DNA of 27,161 bases. It comes from a virus. The position numbers were made by a program, and so were the translations under genes. Below the pieces are notes generated by a model. That model saw nothing but the letters and a program-made list of their open reading frames with translations. It was not told where the DNA came from and searched no databases. The stretch lies in IMG/VR virus record IMGVR_UViG_3300036791_000379, positions 69,021-96,181 of that record, one strand, 5' to 3'. This document shows positions 8,236 to 16,700 of the stretch, piece after piece (positions within the stretch are counted from its first letter, which is position 1; the number at the start of each line of letters is the position of its first letter).

Positions 8236-10359
8236 CTACCAAGTGACGTTCTGGGTCCACGCAACCGTGCCAGCGCGACGCTGGGTCCAGTTGAGCGGCA
8301 TCACCATGCGCAACGCCAGCGAGTCGGTCTGGAACAGCGAGCGCTGCGGAGCCGCGACCGTGGACGGCGATGCGACGAGGTCCAGCGGGGTCGTGTCCTC
8401 CATGTGCAGCGTCGCCTGATCGCTCATCTCCATTCGCGGAGCCTCACCACCGACCACCACGAAGTCGGCCGCATCGACGAGGATCAAGGTCTTCGTCGGC
8501 ACGGTCGCCGAGTCGATGATCGGGATGCCGTTCAGAGTGCCGGCCGCAATCTCGGCCTTGAACGGGAAGATGCCCGTGTTCGCTGCCGTGAGCAGCGACG
8601 CACGCAGCATGTCGGTCTGGTTGGCGAGCCAAGCCAGATTGCGAACATTGCCATACGTCGCCGTGCTGATCGAACCGATCAATGCGGTGATGTCGCCGAC
8701 AAGACCAGCGATGCCGCCGCCAGCCGTTGGAGGCGTAGCTCCAACACCATTGAGCAGGCCTGCCGGCCTGATCACAGTCGCAGCGTTGGCATCGATCAGA
8801 ACCGAGTCGATGGCCACGCTGGTGTCGTCTTGGATCGCCTGACGGATCAGTCCCTCGATCGCAGGCACGGAGTGGTCGCCCATCTCCCGAGTCCAAGTCG
8901 AGATGACTGCCATCTTCTTCGGCGTGAGCGTCTGCGAGGTGAACGCGCCCTGCCGGACGGGGATCGGCATGCCTTCGCCGACGAACGAACCCGCCAGAGA
9001 CGGCGTGCGCGAGCGAGTCGGGATGACGATGCGGCCGGAGGTGCCGAAGCTCAGTGTCAGCCCCTTCGGCCCGAGGCGCGTCAGAATCGCCTTCGGCATC
9101 AGGAGTGGCATGAGATCGGCATAGGTCGTCTGCGCAAGTTCGGCGGCCCAGCCGGTGACCGTGGTCATGGCTGGTGCGGAGGCCGCGCGCGTGACGATCT
9201 CGACAATGGCCTTGGTGCCCTCGTCGTCGCCGTAAATCCGCAGCCGGGTCTCCTCGACCGATTTGCCCGTGGCCTTGGCGATATACGTCACCGTGGCACC
9301 ACGGACGAGGTAGTCGAGCAGATCGAGGTCCTTCTTGGTGCGGTTCAGGATCACGGAAGGCGACGCGATGCGCTCGCGCTCGGTGATCACAGTCGTGGAG
9401 ATCGAGCGGCTGCGGCCTGAGCCGTTGCCGTTGCCGTTGTCGAGGTTCTTCGCCAGCAGCTTCTCGGAGCCGATCAGTTCTTCATGCAGCTTTTCGAGCT
9501 GCGTGAGATCGGCGCGCAATTTGCCGTTCGTTTCGATGTCAGCATCGCTGACGTTGGAATTGTCCATCTTTTCGAGATGGGCCTCAAGTTCGTCCCGCTT
9601 GGCGACGATCTGCGTCTCCAAATCGGTAATGCGCTGAGCTAGGCCAGACATGGCGCTGCCCTTTCTAGTGCGAGATGCAGAGGCGTGCTCGCCAGTGAAC
9701 CCGCGACGCTTGGTGCCCGTGTTCTTTTTGCCTTGCTCGGCAAACACGAGACCAATTGTTGCGGGGGAAATGTTCAGAGACTTCGCGACGGACAGCGCGT
9801 TGGGATTGGCCGGCACGGCAACGAGCGACGTCTCCACCAGCTCACTCTTGGTGTAGACGCTGCCGCCGAATCCAAAATCGTCGTCTTCCTTGCGCGACTT
9901 CCGCTTGATCGGCTTGAAGCCGACCGAGACTGCTTTCAGGATGCCGGCGTCGATCAGCCGGCGAATTTCGTCGATGCGATCACTGGTGCCCTCGGGCGCG
10001 AGTTCGAGGTGGCCGCGCAGGGCCTTGTTCTCGACGCGGATGTTCTTCCACTTGCCGATCGGAAAATCCGACCGATGGTTGAACAGCGCGATCGGGTTTC
10101 GCTTGAAGTTGGCGAGTTCCCAGCCGTCCGACATGATGATGTCGTCCATGCGGTCCGGGGTTTCGTCGGACAGCACAAACTCCATGCCGTTGACGTTCTC
10201 GGCGTGGGTCTTGTGCTTGAGGCCGTTGACCGACTTGTTGTCCCACATCAACTGGCACTGATCCTCGTCGCCCATCTCGTCGACGCAGTCCGACATGAAC
10301 TCGTCTTCATCGTCGTAGTCATCGGGATCGCACGCCTTCATCGGCAACTTCTTCAGCAT
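8236..10359 (-). CDS. HK97-family prohead protease fused in frame to scaffold (delta) domain and major capsid protein
   Basis: ATG 10359 with GAGGAGG SD. Protease motifs 'DRMDDII', 'NPIALFNH...PIGK', 'LKAVSVGF', 'ELVETSLVAVPANPNAL', then a coiled coil and an HK97 capsid ('FVGEG..IP', 'LTPKK', 'SLFQTDSLALR'). Confidence 0.95.
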   Translation of the reverse strand: MLKKLPMKACDPDDYDDEDEFMSDCVDEMGDEDQCQLMWDNKSVNGLKHKTHAENVNGMEFVLSDETPDRMDDIIMSDGWELANFKRNPIALFNHRSDFPIGKWKNIRVENKALRGHLELAPEGTSDRIDEIRRLIDAGILKAVSVGFKPIKRKSRKEDDDFGFGGSVYTKSELVETSLVAVPANPNALSVAKSLNISPATIGLVFAEQGKKNTGTKRRGFTGEHASASRTRKGSAMSGLAQRITDLETQIVAKRDELEAHLEKMDNSNVSDADIETNGKLRADLTQLEKLHEELIGSEKLLAKNLDNGNGNGSGRSRSISTTVITERERIASPSVILNRTKKDLDLLDYLVRGATVTYIAKATGKSVEETRLRIYGDDEGTKAIVEIVTRAASAPAMTTVTGWAAELAQTTYADLMPLLMPKAILTRLGPKGLTLSFGTSGRIVIPTRSRTPSLAGSFVGEGMPIPVRQGAFTSQTLTPKKMAVISTWTREMGDHSVPAIEGLIRQAIQDDTSVAIDSVLIDANAATVIRPAGLLNGVGATPPTAGGGIAGLVGDITALIGSISTATYGNVRNLAWLANQTDMLRASLLTAANTGIFPFKAEIAAGTLNGIPIIDSATVPTKTLILVDAADFVVVGGEAPRMEMSDQATLHMEDTTPLDLVASPSTVAAPQRSLFQTDSLALRMVMPLNWTQRRAGTVAWTQNVTW

Positions 10360-10370
10360 GGGATTCCTCC

Positions 10371-10991
10371 TCACGTTTGCAGGAAGGCCAGCCACGAGCC
10401 CTCGACGCAGTCGATGGCCCAGCCCTCGTGCTCAAGGCGGGTTAGTGCCCGCGTCACCTCGACGTCCGGATTTGAAAAGTCGTGCCAGCAGATGATGCCG
10501 CCCGGCCTCACCAGCTCGCGCGCGAGCCGGCTTTCGTGCAGCACCGCCGCTTCGCTGTGGTCACCGTCGATGAACACCGCATCGCACCGCTCAAGATCAG
10601 CGGCGACGATGGATCGCGACGGCGCGAGCAGCAGATGGAATCGCTCGTCGCTCGCGGCATGTGCGCCAGCATTGGCCGGCACCTCGCCTTGCTGACAGCG
10701 CAGCGTGGTCACATGCTCGAACGGGACATCGATGCCGATATAGGTTTCGATCGTCGGCACGTTCTCCAGCACGCGCGCCGCCGTGATGCCGGCATTGCAG
10801 CCGAACTCGATCATCACCTCCGGCGCGACGCTCTTGATCAGCGCGACGAGGATCGCCGTCTCGTGCGGCGTCATGTATTTGCTGAACGGTCCCCGGATCG
10901 GCGCGACGCCGAGTTCAGCGCTTGCGAATTTGCGCAAGCGCGCCGGCCCAGTCGCCGGCAGTCGGCTGCCGGCAAATATGCAAATTCGCAT
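10371..10991 (-). CDS. Class I SAM-dependent methyltransferase (Methyltransf_24-like)
   Basis: Motif I 'MIEFGCNAG', 'YIGID', 'DAVFIDGDHS', 'LVRPGGIICWHD'. Start uncertain because it overlaps the glycosyltransferase 3' end. Confidence 0.88.
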   Translation of the reverse strand: MRICIFAGSRLPATGPARLRKFASAELGVAPIRGPFSKYMTPHETAILVALIKSVAPEVMIEFGCNAGITAARVLENVPTIETYIGIDVPFEHVTTLRCQQGEVPANAGAHAASDERFHLLLAPSRSIVAADLERCDAVFIDGDHSEAAVLHESRLARELVRPGGIICWHDFSNPDVEVTRALTRLEHEGWAIDCVEGSWLAFLQT

Positions 10992-12165
10992 ACCAAGGCG
11001 CGACCCACCGCCAGCTCGCCCAGTGCGACAGCAGGCCGACGACGTTCCGGTGACCGATCGCCCCGGCCAGATGCAGCGCTGCGGTGTCGACGCTGACGAT
11101 CATGTCCATCTGCAGCATCAGCGCGGCGCAATCCGCGAAGTCGGCGAACTCATGGACGTGGACGCCGATCGCTCGGGCCTCATCCGCGCCCTGAACCTGC
11201 ACGCTGTGCAGTTGAGAGAAGCCAAACGGCTTGACCAGCTGCTGCAGCGGAATCTCGCGCGGATAGTCGCCATCGCTCGGCTTGCCGATCGACCACGCGA
11301 TGCCGATGCGTTGCTGGTCAGGATGTGACTTTTCCGGGAGCCGACCGCGCCAGCGCTCGACGAGCGTGGGTTCGACCTCGATGTACGGACTGCCGTCGAC
11401 ATTCTCTGGCGTGACGTGCAGGAAGTGCAGCAGATGCAGGATCGGGCAGAAATAATCCGGAGGTCGCTCGATGAGCGGTGGCGATGATCTGATGTTGGGC
11501 GGAGGAAACCTGCCGGGTGGAGCAAACTTGTCGGCGAGACGCTGCAGCTCGACCGGTACATCAAGACGGACGTTCACGCCCATCTCCCAGAGCGGCTGGA
11601 CATAGCGCAGCATCTGGATCGTGTCGCCGAAACCATGGGCGTGCAGCACAAGCAGTTTCTTGTCGCTCAAATCCTCGCCGCGCCACGGCTGCAGGCCGGC
11701 GTCGAGCGCGGCGCGAACCTGCGGCCGGATGAACGGCGCTTCCTGTTCGCATTGCCAGTATTCGTCGAGGCCCTCGTCCCAGCGGCCGAGCGCCAGCAGC
11801 ACCATGGCGCGGTTGAATTTGGCGCGCAGCGTCGGCGCAGCGCGCAGCGTCGCGTCAGCCTCGATCAGCGCCTCGGCAACGTGGTTGTTCTTGTAGAGCG
11901 CGACCGCAGCGTTGAAGTGGGAGAGATAGTCGTTGATGTCGACGGCAATGTCGTTGCGGACAGCGCGCCGGCCGATCGGCGTGCCCCTGAACGCCACGGT
12001 GATCTCGTCCGGCACCTCGATGGCGTGGCCGTTGGTCCCCCGGACCTCCAGCACCTCGCCCTCCTTCGTGATCCCGCGCCAGCCGTAATCGGTTAGCTCG
12101 TGCGAGATGATCGGATGAAGTTCTGGCAATGCCTCTTTGACGAAGCTGTTGAATATCTCGCGCAT
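10915..12165 (-). CDS. TPR-containing GT-B glycosyltransferase (GT9 / heptosyltransferase-like C-terminus)
   Basis: TPR-like 'AKFNRAMVLLALGRWDEGLDEY', plus 'W.GEDL..K.LLV....GFGDTIQMLRY', 'RIGIAW' and 'FADCAALMLQMDMIVSVDTAALHLAGAIG'. Confidence 0.85.
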   Translation of the reverse strand: MREIFNSFVKEALPELHPIISHELTDYGWRGITKEGEVLEVRGTNGHAIEVPDEITVAFRGTPIGRRAVRNDIAVDINDYLSHFNAAVALYKNNHVAEALIEADATLRAAPTLRAKFNRAMVLLALGRWDEGLDEYWQCEQEAPFIRPQVRAALDAGLQPWRGEDLSDKKLLVLHAHGFGDTIQMLRYVQPLWEMGVNVRLDVPVELQRLADKFAPPGRFPPPNIRSSPPLIERPPDYFCPILHLLHFLHVTPENVDGSPYIEVEPTLVERWRGRLPEKSHPDQQRIGIAWSIGKPSDGDYPREIPLQQLVKPFGFSQLHSVQVQGADEARAIGVHVHEFADFADCAALMLQMDMIVSVDTAALHLAGAIGHRNVVGLLSHWASWRWVAPWYANLHICRQPTAGDWAGALAQIRKR

Positions 12166-12166
12166 G

Positions 12167-13237
12167 TCACTTCCATACGGGCGTCAGCCACGCGACCGCG
12201 CGCGAGTCCCGCAGCGCCCACGACACCGGCCAGCGCACCTTCACCGCGAGGCTGTCGGACTGGAACATCTCCTTTTCCGGTCCAATCGTGCCGGCAACGC
12301 CGGGTGCGGTGTCCATCACGAGCGTGGCCGCGTTCACCGTCTCCACATTCGGATCGGCGCTCAGCGCCGCGACGAGGCCGGCCGCCGCAATCACGATGAT
12401 GTCGTTGCCAACCGCAGACGACGCGAGTGGAATGATCGTTGCGTCGGTGCCCTCGGCCTTGATGCTGCCGAACCGCGCGCTGGCGCTGGCAACGCGACCG
12501 ATCGATGAGACGATGAAGAATGGCCCTTTGCCGCCAACCGTCCCGACAGCGTTGAGCAGAGTGGCCATGTCCTCAAAGAAAGCGCCGAACGGATCGGCGC
12601 TCGCACTTGCTCCCAGTGCGGCAATGCCATTGCGGATGCCGGCGGGTGCCGCTGCCGTCGCAGCGTTGGCGCTGAAGAACACTGCGTCGAGCGCGAGTCC
12701 GGATGAACGGATAAGCGCGTCGCTGATCAGTGCCTCGGCATTGCTGCTCTCGACCATCTCGCGCGTCAGCGCTGCGATGGTTGCGAGCTTGCGTGGGGTC
12801 AACAACGCCGGACCCAGATTGAGCTGCCGCACGGGGATCGGGTCACCCTCGGCGACGAAGCCGCTGTTCGCCGCGCTCGCAACGAAACCCGGCGCGCTGA
12901 CGATGCCTCCGCCATCCCAGTCGAGCAGCAGTCCTCTCGCCATGACATCGGCTGCAGTCGACGCCGCACCCAGCGCCGCGACAGTGTCGACGACCGTGCG
13001 TCGCACCAGTTCGGCGGCCCAGCCCACGACGGACGTCATCGCCGGGTTGGACGCCGCGCGCGTCAGCAGCTGTTGCAGCGCGCGATCGTTCGGCCACATC
13101 TCCGCCGCCACATCGGTGACAGGACAGCGTCGCAGGCTTGCGATCGTTCTTGCGGTGATCGCTCGCGTGCAAAGATTGCCGCCCACAGCCTGTTCGCGCG
13201 GCTCGCGGCGAAACGCACTTTCACTCTCGTGCTTCAT
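12167..13237 (-). CDS. Second HK97-fold capsid-like protein (paralog of the major capsid protein)
   Basis: Colinear matches to 8236..10359: TRAASNPAMTSVVGWAAEL vs TRAASAPAMTTVTGWAAEL; FVAEGDPIPVRQ vs FVGEGMPIPVRQ; LTPRKL..LTREM vs LTPKKM..WTREM; FQSDSLAVKVRWPVSW vs FQTDSLALRMVMPLNW. Confidence 0.9.
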   Translation of the reverse strand: MKHESESAFRREPREQAVGGNLCTRAITARTIASLRRCPVTDVAAEMWPNDRALQQLLTRAASNPAMTSVVGWAAELVRRTVVDTVAALGAASTAADVMARGLLLDWDGGGIVSAPGFVASAANSGFVAEGDPIPVRQLNLGPALLTPRKLATIAALTREMVESSNAEALISDALIRSSGLALDAVFFSANAATAAAPAGIRNGIAALGASASADPFGAFFEDMATLLNAVGTVGGKGPFFIVSSIGRVASASARFGSIKAEGTDATIIPLASSAVGNDIIVIAAAGLVAALSADPNVETVNAATLVMDTAPGVAGTIGPEKEMFQSDSLAVKVRWPVSWALRDSRAVAWLTPVWK

Positions 13238-13252
13238 CGGCCCATTCCCTTC

Positions 13253-14815
13253 TCACTTCCCGACATAGGCGTGGAAACGATCCATGGATTGCTTGTCTTT
13301 GAGATCGAGGACGCCGCTCCAGCTCTTGCCGAGCAGCAGCTGCTTGCCCTGCGCGGAGTCGGCGATGGCCCACAGCGCCTTCGGATCGGAGCTGCGCGCG
13401 AGCTTCATCAGCGCATCGTTGGCGGACGGCTCGGGCAGCTCCATTTCCTGCTGCGGCGGCTCCTCGTCGTCCTCGATCGGATATTCCGGCAGCTCGCTGT
13501 TGCGATCGGCCCACTCGTACTTGTCCCGGTCGGACATGCTCGACCAGTATTCGTGCTGATAGTCGGCGACCTGATCGCTGAAGTCCGGCGGGTCCGCATC
13601 CTGCGCGCGATCTTCGGCCTCGGTGTTGAAGGCCTCGGTCAGCGCCTTGTCGATCTCCTCGCGCGCGGAGTCGCTCAGCATCTCGTTCGGCTTGATCGGC
13701 TCGATACCCGGCAGCGTCTGCTGCGCCGGGTCGTAGCCTTCGGGCTGCATCTGATCGAGCCGCTGATCGCTGAAGGCGATGCTGGCGTCGTTGCGGCCCT
13801 CGTAGTCGCGGTCGTAATCGACGTCGATTGCCGAGAGAATTTGCTCATCGGTGAACGGGACGGCGGGATCGCCCTCCTCGGCGCGCTGCTCGCGCCAGCT
13901 CTTCAGCGCAGCTTCCGCCCATGTGCCGCCACCGCGCTGATTGAAGTCGTCAGCCAGATTGCTCTTGGCGTCGTCGAGCGCCGCGCCGCTGTCGCGCCAG
14001 TTCTGCTGCTCGCTGGAAACGAACTCGTCGTAGGTGGCCCGCGTCCACGCGGTTTCGATCGCCGATTGATCGTACTCGCCGATCATGTCCCAGCTTTCCG
14101 GCGTATAGCCGGAGCCGGTCGCGGTGTGGCTCGCGCGGTTGCGGTCGCCGCTCAGCTTGTCGCGCAGATCGCTCGACAGGTCACGCCACGATGACGCGGT
14201 CGGCACGTAACCGTACTTCGCCCACGCATAACCGCCGACGTCGATGTTGGCGCTGACCTCGACCTTGTCGAGGCCGAGCTTCTGGTACATCGCGACATTA
14301 GCGGCGAGCAGCTTCTTGCCGACGTTGCCGCCCTGCGAACCCTTGTTGAGCTGGAAGTAAGCCGAGTAGGCCTTGTTGTCCTTGAGATTGATCTCGCGCT
14401 GGTAGGTGCCGATCTCCTTGCCGTCTTCCTCCAGTCTGCCGTCGATCGAAATCTTGTCGCTGTTCGGGCTGTAGCCGACGCGCATCGTGCCATCGAGCCC
14501 GCCGAGGAAGTGATCGCGAAACTCCTCCGGAGCTTCGTTGATCTTCTCGTTCCAGCGTTCGAGGAATTTTTCCGACCGCGCCTTGTCGACGCTGGTGTCG
14601 CTATCGAGCCTGACCTTGCCCTTGTTGAAGTCGGTGCTTTTGAACTTGCCTTTGCCCTTGTCGCCGCCGGCCGCCGGCTTCTCCGAGCTGCCGGCCCCGT
14701 CTCCGCCGCCGCCGCTGGTGAACTCGCCGCCGCCCGATGATCCGGCCGGCTCGCGCGGGTGCTGGCTCTCGTCCCATTCGCGCAATCGAGGCCGGGTGCG
14801 GGTGAGCGTTTCCAT
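13253..14815 (-). CDS. Multi-domain (polyvalent-type) protein: WDESQHPR tag, GNAT-like acetyltransferase domain, long acidic helical region
   Basis: Start ATG 14815 (METLTRT). 'YSAYFQLNKGSQGGNVGKKLL' fits the acetyl-CoA-binding QxxGxG motif, followed by 'LGLDKVEVSANIDVGGYAWAKYGY'. Confidence 0.72.
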   Translation of the reverse strand: METLTRTRPRLREWDESQHPREPAGSSGGGEFTSGGGGDGAGSSEKPAAGGDKGKGKFKSTDFNKGKVRLDSDTSVDKARSEKFLERWNEKINEAPEEFRDHFLGGLDGTMRVGYSPNSDKISIDGRLEEDGKEIGTYQREINLKDNKAYSAYFQLNKGSQGGNVGKKLLAANVAMYQKLGLDKVEVSANIDVGGYAWAKYGYVPTASSWRDLSSDLRDKLSGDRNRASHTATGSGYTPESWDMIGEYDQSAIETAWTRATYDEFVSSEQQNWRDSGAALDDAKSNLADDFNQRGGGTWAEAALKSWREQRAEEGDPAVPFTDEQILSAIDVDYDRDYEGRNDASIAFSDQRLDQMQPEGYDPAQQTLPGIEPIKPNEMLSDSAREEIDKALTEAFNTEAEDRAQDADPPDFSDQVADYQHEYWSSMSDRDKYEWADRNSELPEYPIEDDEEPPQQEMELPEPSANDALMKLARSSDPKALWAIADSAQGKQLLLGKSWSGVLDLKDKQSMDRFHAYVGK

Positions 14816-14867
14816 GCGGTTCCCCCGGCCCTCCAGCAAAAGGCCCGTTCCGGCCCCATAATTTACC

Positions 14868-14907
14868 TATACGACCCCTTGACGTATACGACGGCCGGGC
14901 GTATATC
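14868..14907 (+). promoter_or_regulatory. sigma70-type promoter P1 with two overlapping palindromic operators
   Basis: TTGACG (14879-14884), 17 bp, TATATC (14902-14907). TATACG-N9-CGTATA at 14868-14888 and 14885-14905. Confidence 0.85.
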
Positions 14908-14935
14908 AGGGGGAGAGTTACGACGGAGATTTGAG

Positions 14936-15796
14936 ATGTTGAACGACGCGCTCGACGACCTGCTGGCCGGCCCGATGCTTTCGGAGCCGCGCAAGGCCCC
15001 GGCGAGCTACACGCCGAAGGGCTTTGAGGAGGGCTGCAGCAAGTGCGGCGGCTCCGGCAAGTTCTACGGCTGGTCCGGCCGCATGATCGGCCAGTGCTTC
15101 ACCTGTAAGGGTGCGGGCAAGAAGGTATTCAAGGCCTCGTCCGCCGCGCGGGCGAATGTCCGGGCGCAGCGCGCCGAGCGGAAGGCCGAGGTTTCGGCCG
15201 AAGGTTTCGCCGCGTGGCAGTCCGCCAACCCGGCGCTCTGGGCTTGGCTCGACACGGCCGGCAAGGCCGGCAACACGTTCGCGGCATCGCTGATCGGCGG
15301 CATCATCAAGTTCGGTGACCTGACTGAAGGTCAGCGCGCGGCGGTCGAGAACAACATCGCCAAGGCGGCCAAGAAGGCCGAGCACCGCGCCGAGGCCGAG
15401 GCCAGCGCGCCCGAGGTTTCGATCGAGCGGATCGAGCAGGCGTTCGCGTCAGCTGCGGCTTCTGGAAAGAAGCGGCTGAAGCTGAAGCTGGTCGCCGGAG
15501 CCGAAGCGTTCGTGTTCTCCCCCGCGCCGATGCACGGCAAGAATGCCGGTGCGATCTACGTCAAGTCCGGCACGGACTATCTCGGCAAGGTCGCGGGCGG
15601 CAAGTTCATCGCTGCGTTCGGCTGCGACGAGATCAAGAAGGGCCTGATCGTCGAGGCCTGTGCGGACCCTGAACAGGCGGCGATTGCCTACGGCAAGCAG
15701 TTCGGCAGCTGCTCGTGCTGCGGCCGGACGTTGAGCGACCCGGTCAGCGTCGAGCGCGGCATCGGCCCGATCTGCGCCGACAAGTGGGGGTGGTGA
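14936..15796 (+). CDS. Zinc-finger protein, DUF6011-like C-terminus
   Basis: True start is ATG 14936 (GGAG SD) downstream of P1. N-terminal DnaJ-like CxxCxGxG pair and C-terminal 'CSCCGRTLSDPVSVERGIGPICA'. Confidence 0.8.
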   Translation: MLNDALDDLLAGPMLSEPRKAPASYTPKGFEEGCSKCGGSGKFYGWSGRMIGQCFTCKGAGKKVFKASSAARANVRAQRAERKAEVSAEGFAAWQSANPALWAWLDTAGKAGNTFAASLIGGIIKFGDLTEGQRAAVENNIAKAAKKAEHRAEAEASAPEVSIERIEQAFASAAASGKKRLKLKLVAGAEAFVFSPAPMHGKNAGAIYVKSGTDYLGKVAGGKFIAAFGCDEIKKGLIVEACADPEQAAIAYGKQFGSCSCCGRTLSDPVSVERGIGPICADKWGW

Positions 15797-16032
15797 TGAC
15801 CTCCCCATTCGATCCCGTGAAGTGGATGGCCGAGCACGGCCATCCCAGTTACGCCGCCGAGATCAACGAGCTGCACGCGGTCCGCAATGAGATCATGGGC
15901 GATGCCGGCCGCTACTGGCAATTCTGCGAGATCACCCAGCACCAGCTCGCCAACATCGACGCCGTGATCGAGGAGGTCCGGCAGGCGGCCGAGGACCGCT
16001 ACACCGACTGGGCCACGGACCCCTTGGATTAA
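15796..16032 (+). CDS. Hypothetical protein (78 aa)
   Basis: TGATG coupling to the previous gene (MTSPFDPVKW...). Ends just before promoter P2. Confidence 0.7.
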   Translation: MTSPFDPVKWMAEHGHPSYAAEINELHAVRNEIMGDAGRYWQFCEITQHQLANIDAVIEEVRQAAEDRYTDWATDPLD

Positions 16033-16036
16033 ATCT

Positions 16037-16076
16037 CTTACGACCCCTTGACGTATACGTCTCAGTGTCGTATATA
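16037..16076 (+). promoter_or_regulatory. sigma70-type promoter P2 with palindromic operator
   Basis: CGACCCCTTGACGTATACG identical to P1. TTGACG 16048-16053, 17 bp, TATATA 16071-16076; TATACG-N9-CGTATA at 16054-16074. Confidence 0.85.
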
Positions 16077-16102
16077 GGGGATGAAGAAAGAGGAGTTGAG
16101 AG

Positions 16103-16420
16103 ATGGCTTACGAAGCCCTCAAGGCCGAGATGAAGATGTGGCGCATGGGCGCTGGCCCGCTTCCGCCGAAGTACATCGCATTGCACAAGGCGGCGGCCGA
16201 GGCATCGCTGCCGGCGCTGAGCGCGAAGTTCGGTTTCCGCGTCATCGCGACCGAAATGAAGTCTGACGGCTGGTGCGACGGGATGAAGGTCCTGCGCGTC
16301 ATTGCCGAGGATCAGGTCTGCAAGCTGCACGACCTGCACTGGAGCGACGCCAATGGCGGCTCGTGGTTCGAGAACGGTGCGCTGTTTTTCCGGCCGGCGA
16401 AAGCCCCCGGCTATATGTGA
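16103..16420 (+). CDS. Hypothetical protein (105 aa)
   Basis: GAGGAG SD, first gene after P2, GC3-rich codons. Confidence 0.75.
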   Translation: MAYEALKAEMKMWRMGAGPLPPKYIALHKAAAEASLPALSAKFGFRVIATEMKSDGWCDGMKVLRVIAEDQVCKLHDLHWSDANGGSWFENGALFFRPAKAPGYM

Positions 16421-16437
16421 TCGAGAGGAGCATCCGA

Positions 16438-16683
16438 GTGGCATTCGAGGTCGATAAAATTGACGCCCCTTCCTACTGGGCCTCGTACCTGATCAACGGC
16501 GACGCCTCCGGGCTGGAGGACGCGGAACAGGCCGAGTGCGACCGCTGGTTCGCGGGTCTCGGCGATGGCTGGGACGTCGTCGACTGCAGCGAGGAAGGAC
16601 ACTTCGGCCGCTTCTACTTCGCGGTCGAGGGCCGGTGGTTGGGCTGCGATCTCGTGACTTACTCGCTGCTCAAGTCAGTTTAA
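16438..16683 (+). CDS. Small acidic hypothetical protein ('PSYWASYLINGDASGL' type)
   Basis: GTG 16438 with GAGGAG SD; 81 aa. The motif resembles small early proteins of phages and mobile elements; family not confirmed. Confidence 0.7.
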   Translation: MAFEVDKIDAPSYWASYLINGDASGLEDAEQAECDRWFAGLGDGWDVVDCSEEGHFGRFYFAVEGRWLGCDLVTYSLLKSV

Positions 16684-16700
16684 CAGGAGAGAAAGAGAAC

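Noticed and set aside
13221-13599. Alternative-frame ORFs (13221..13514, 13408..13599) as a nested antitoxin for the second GNAT gene
   Set aside because: Their translations are R/A/G/S-rich off-frame junk, while the main frame keeps normal codon usage. No promoter-like AT patch is present.
369-14194. Long plus-strand ORFs opposite structural genes (e.g. 369..1232, 6611..7669, 8404..9420, 9685..10695, 12288..13268, 13073..14194)
   Set aside because: They lie fully antisense to confidently identified genes, as expected from stop-codon scarcity in high-GC3 DNA.
14836-14858. Possible minus-strand terminator GGGGCC-ggaacg-GGCCTTTT upstream of the 520-aa gene
   Set aside because: Short stem that depends on G-U pairs and a four-U tract; too weak to call.
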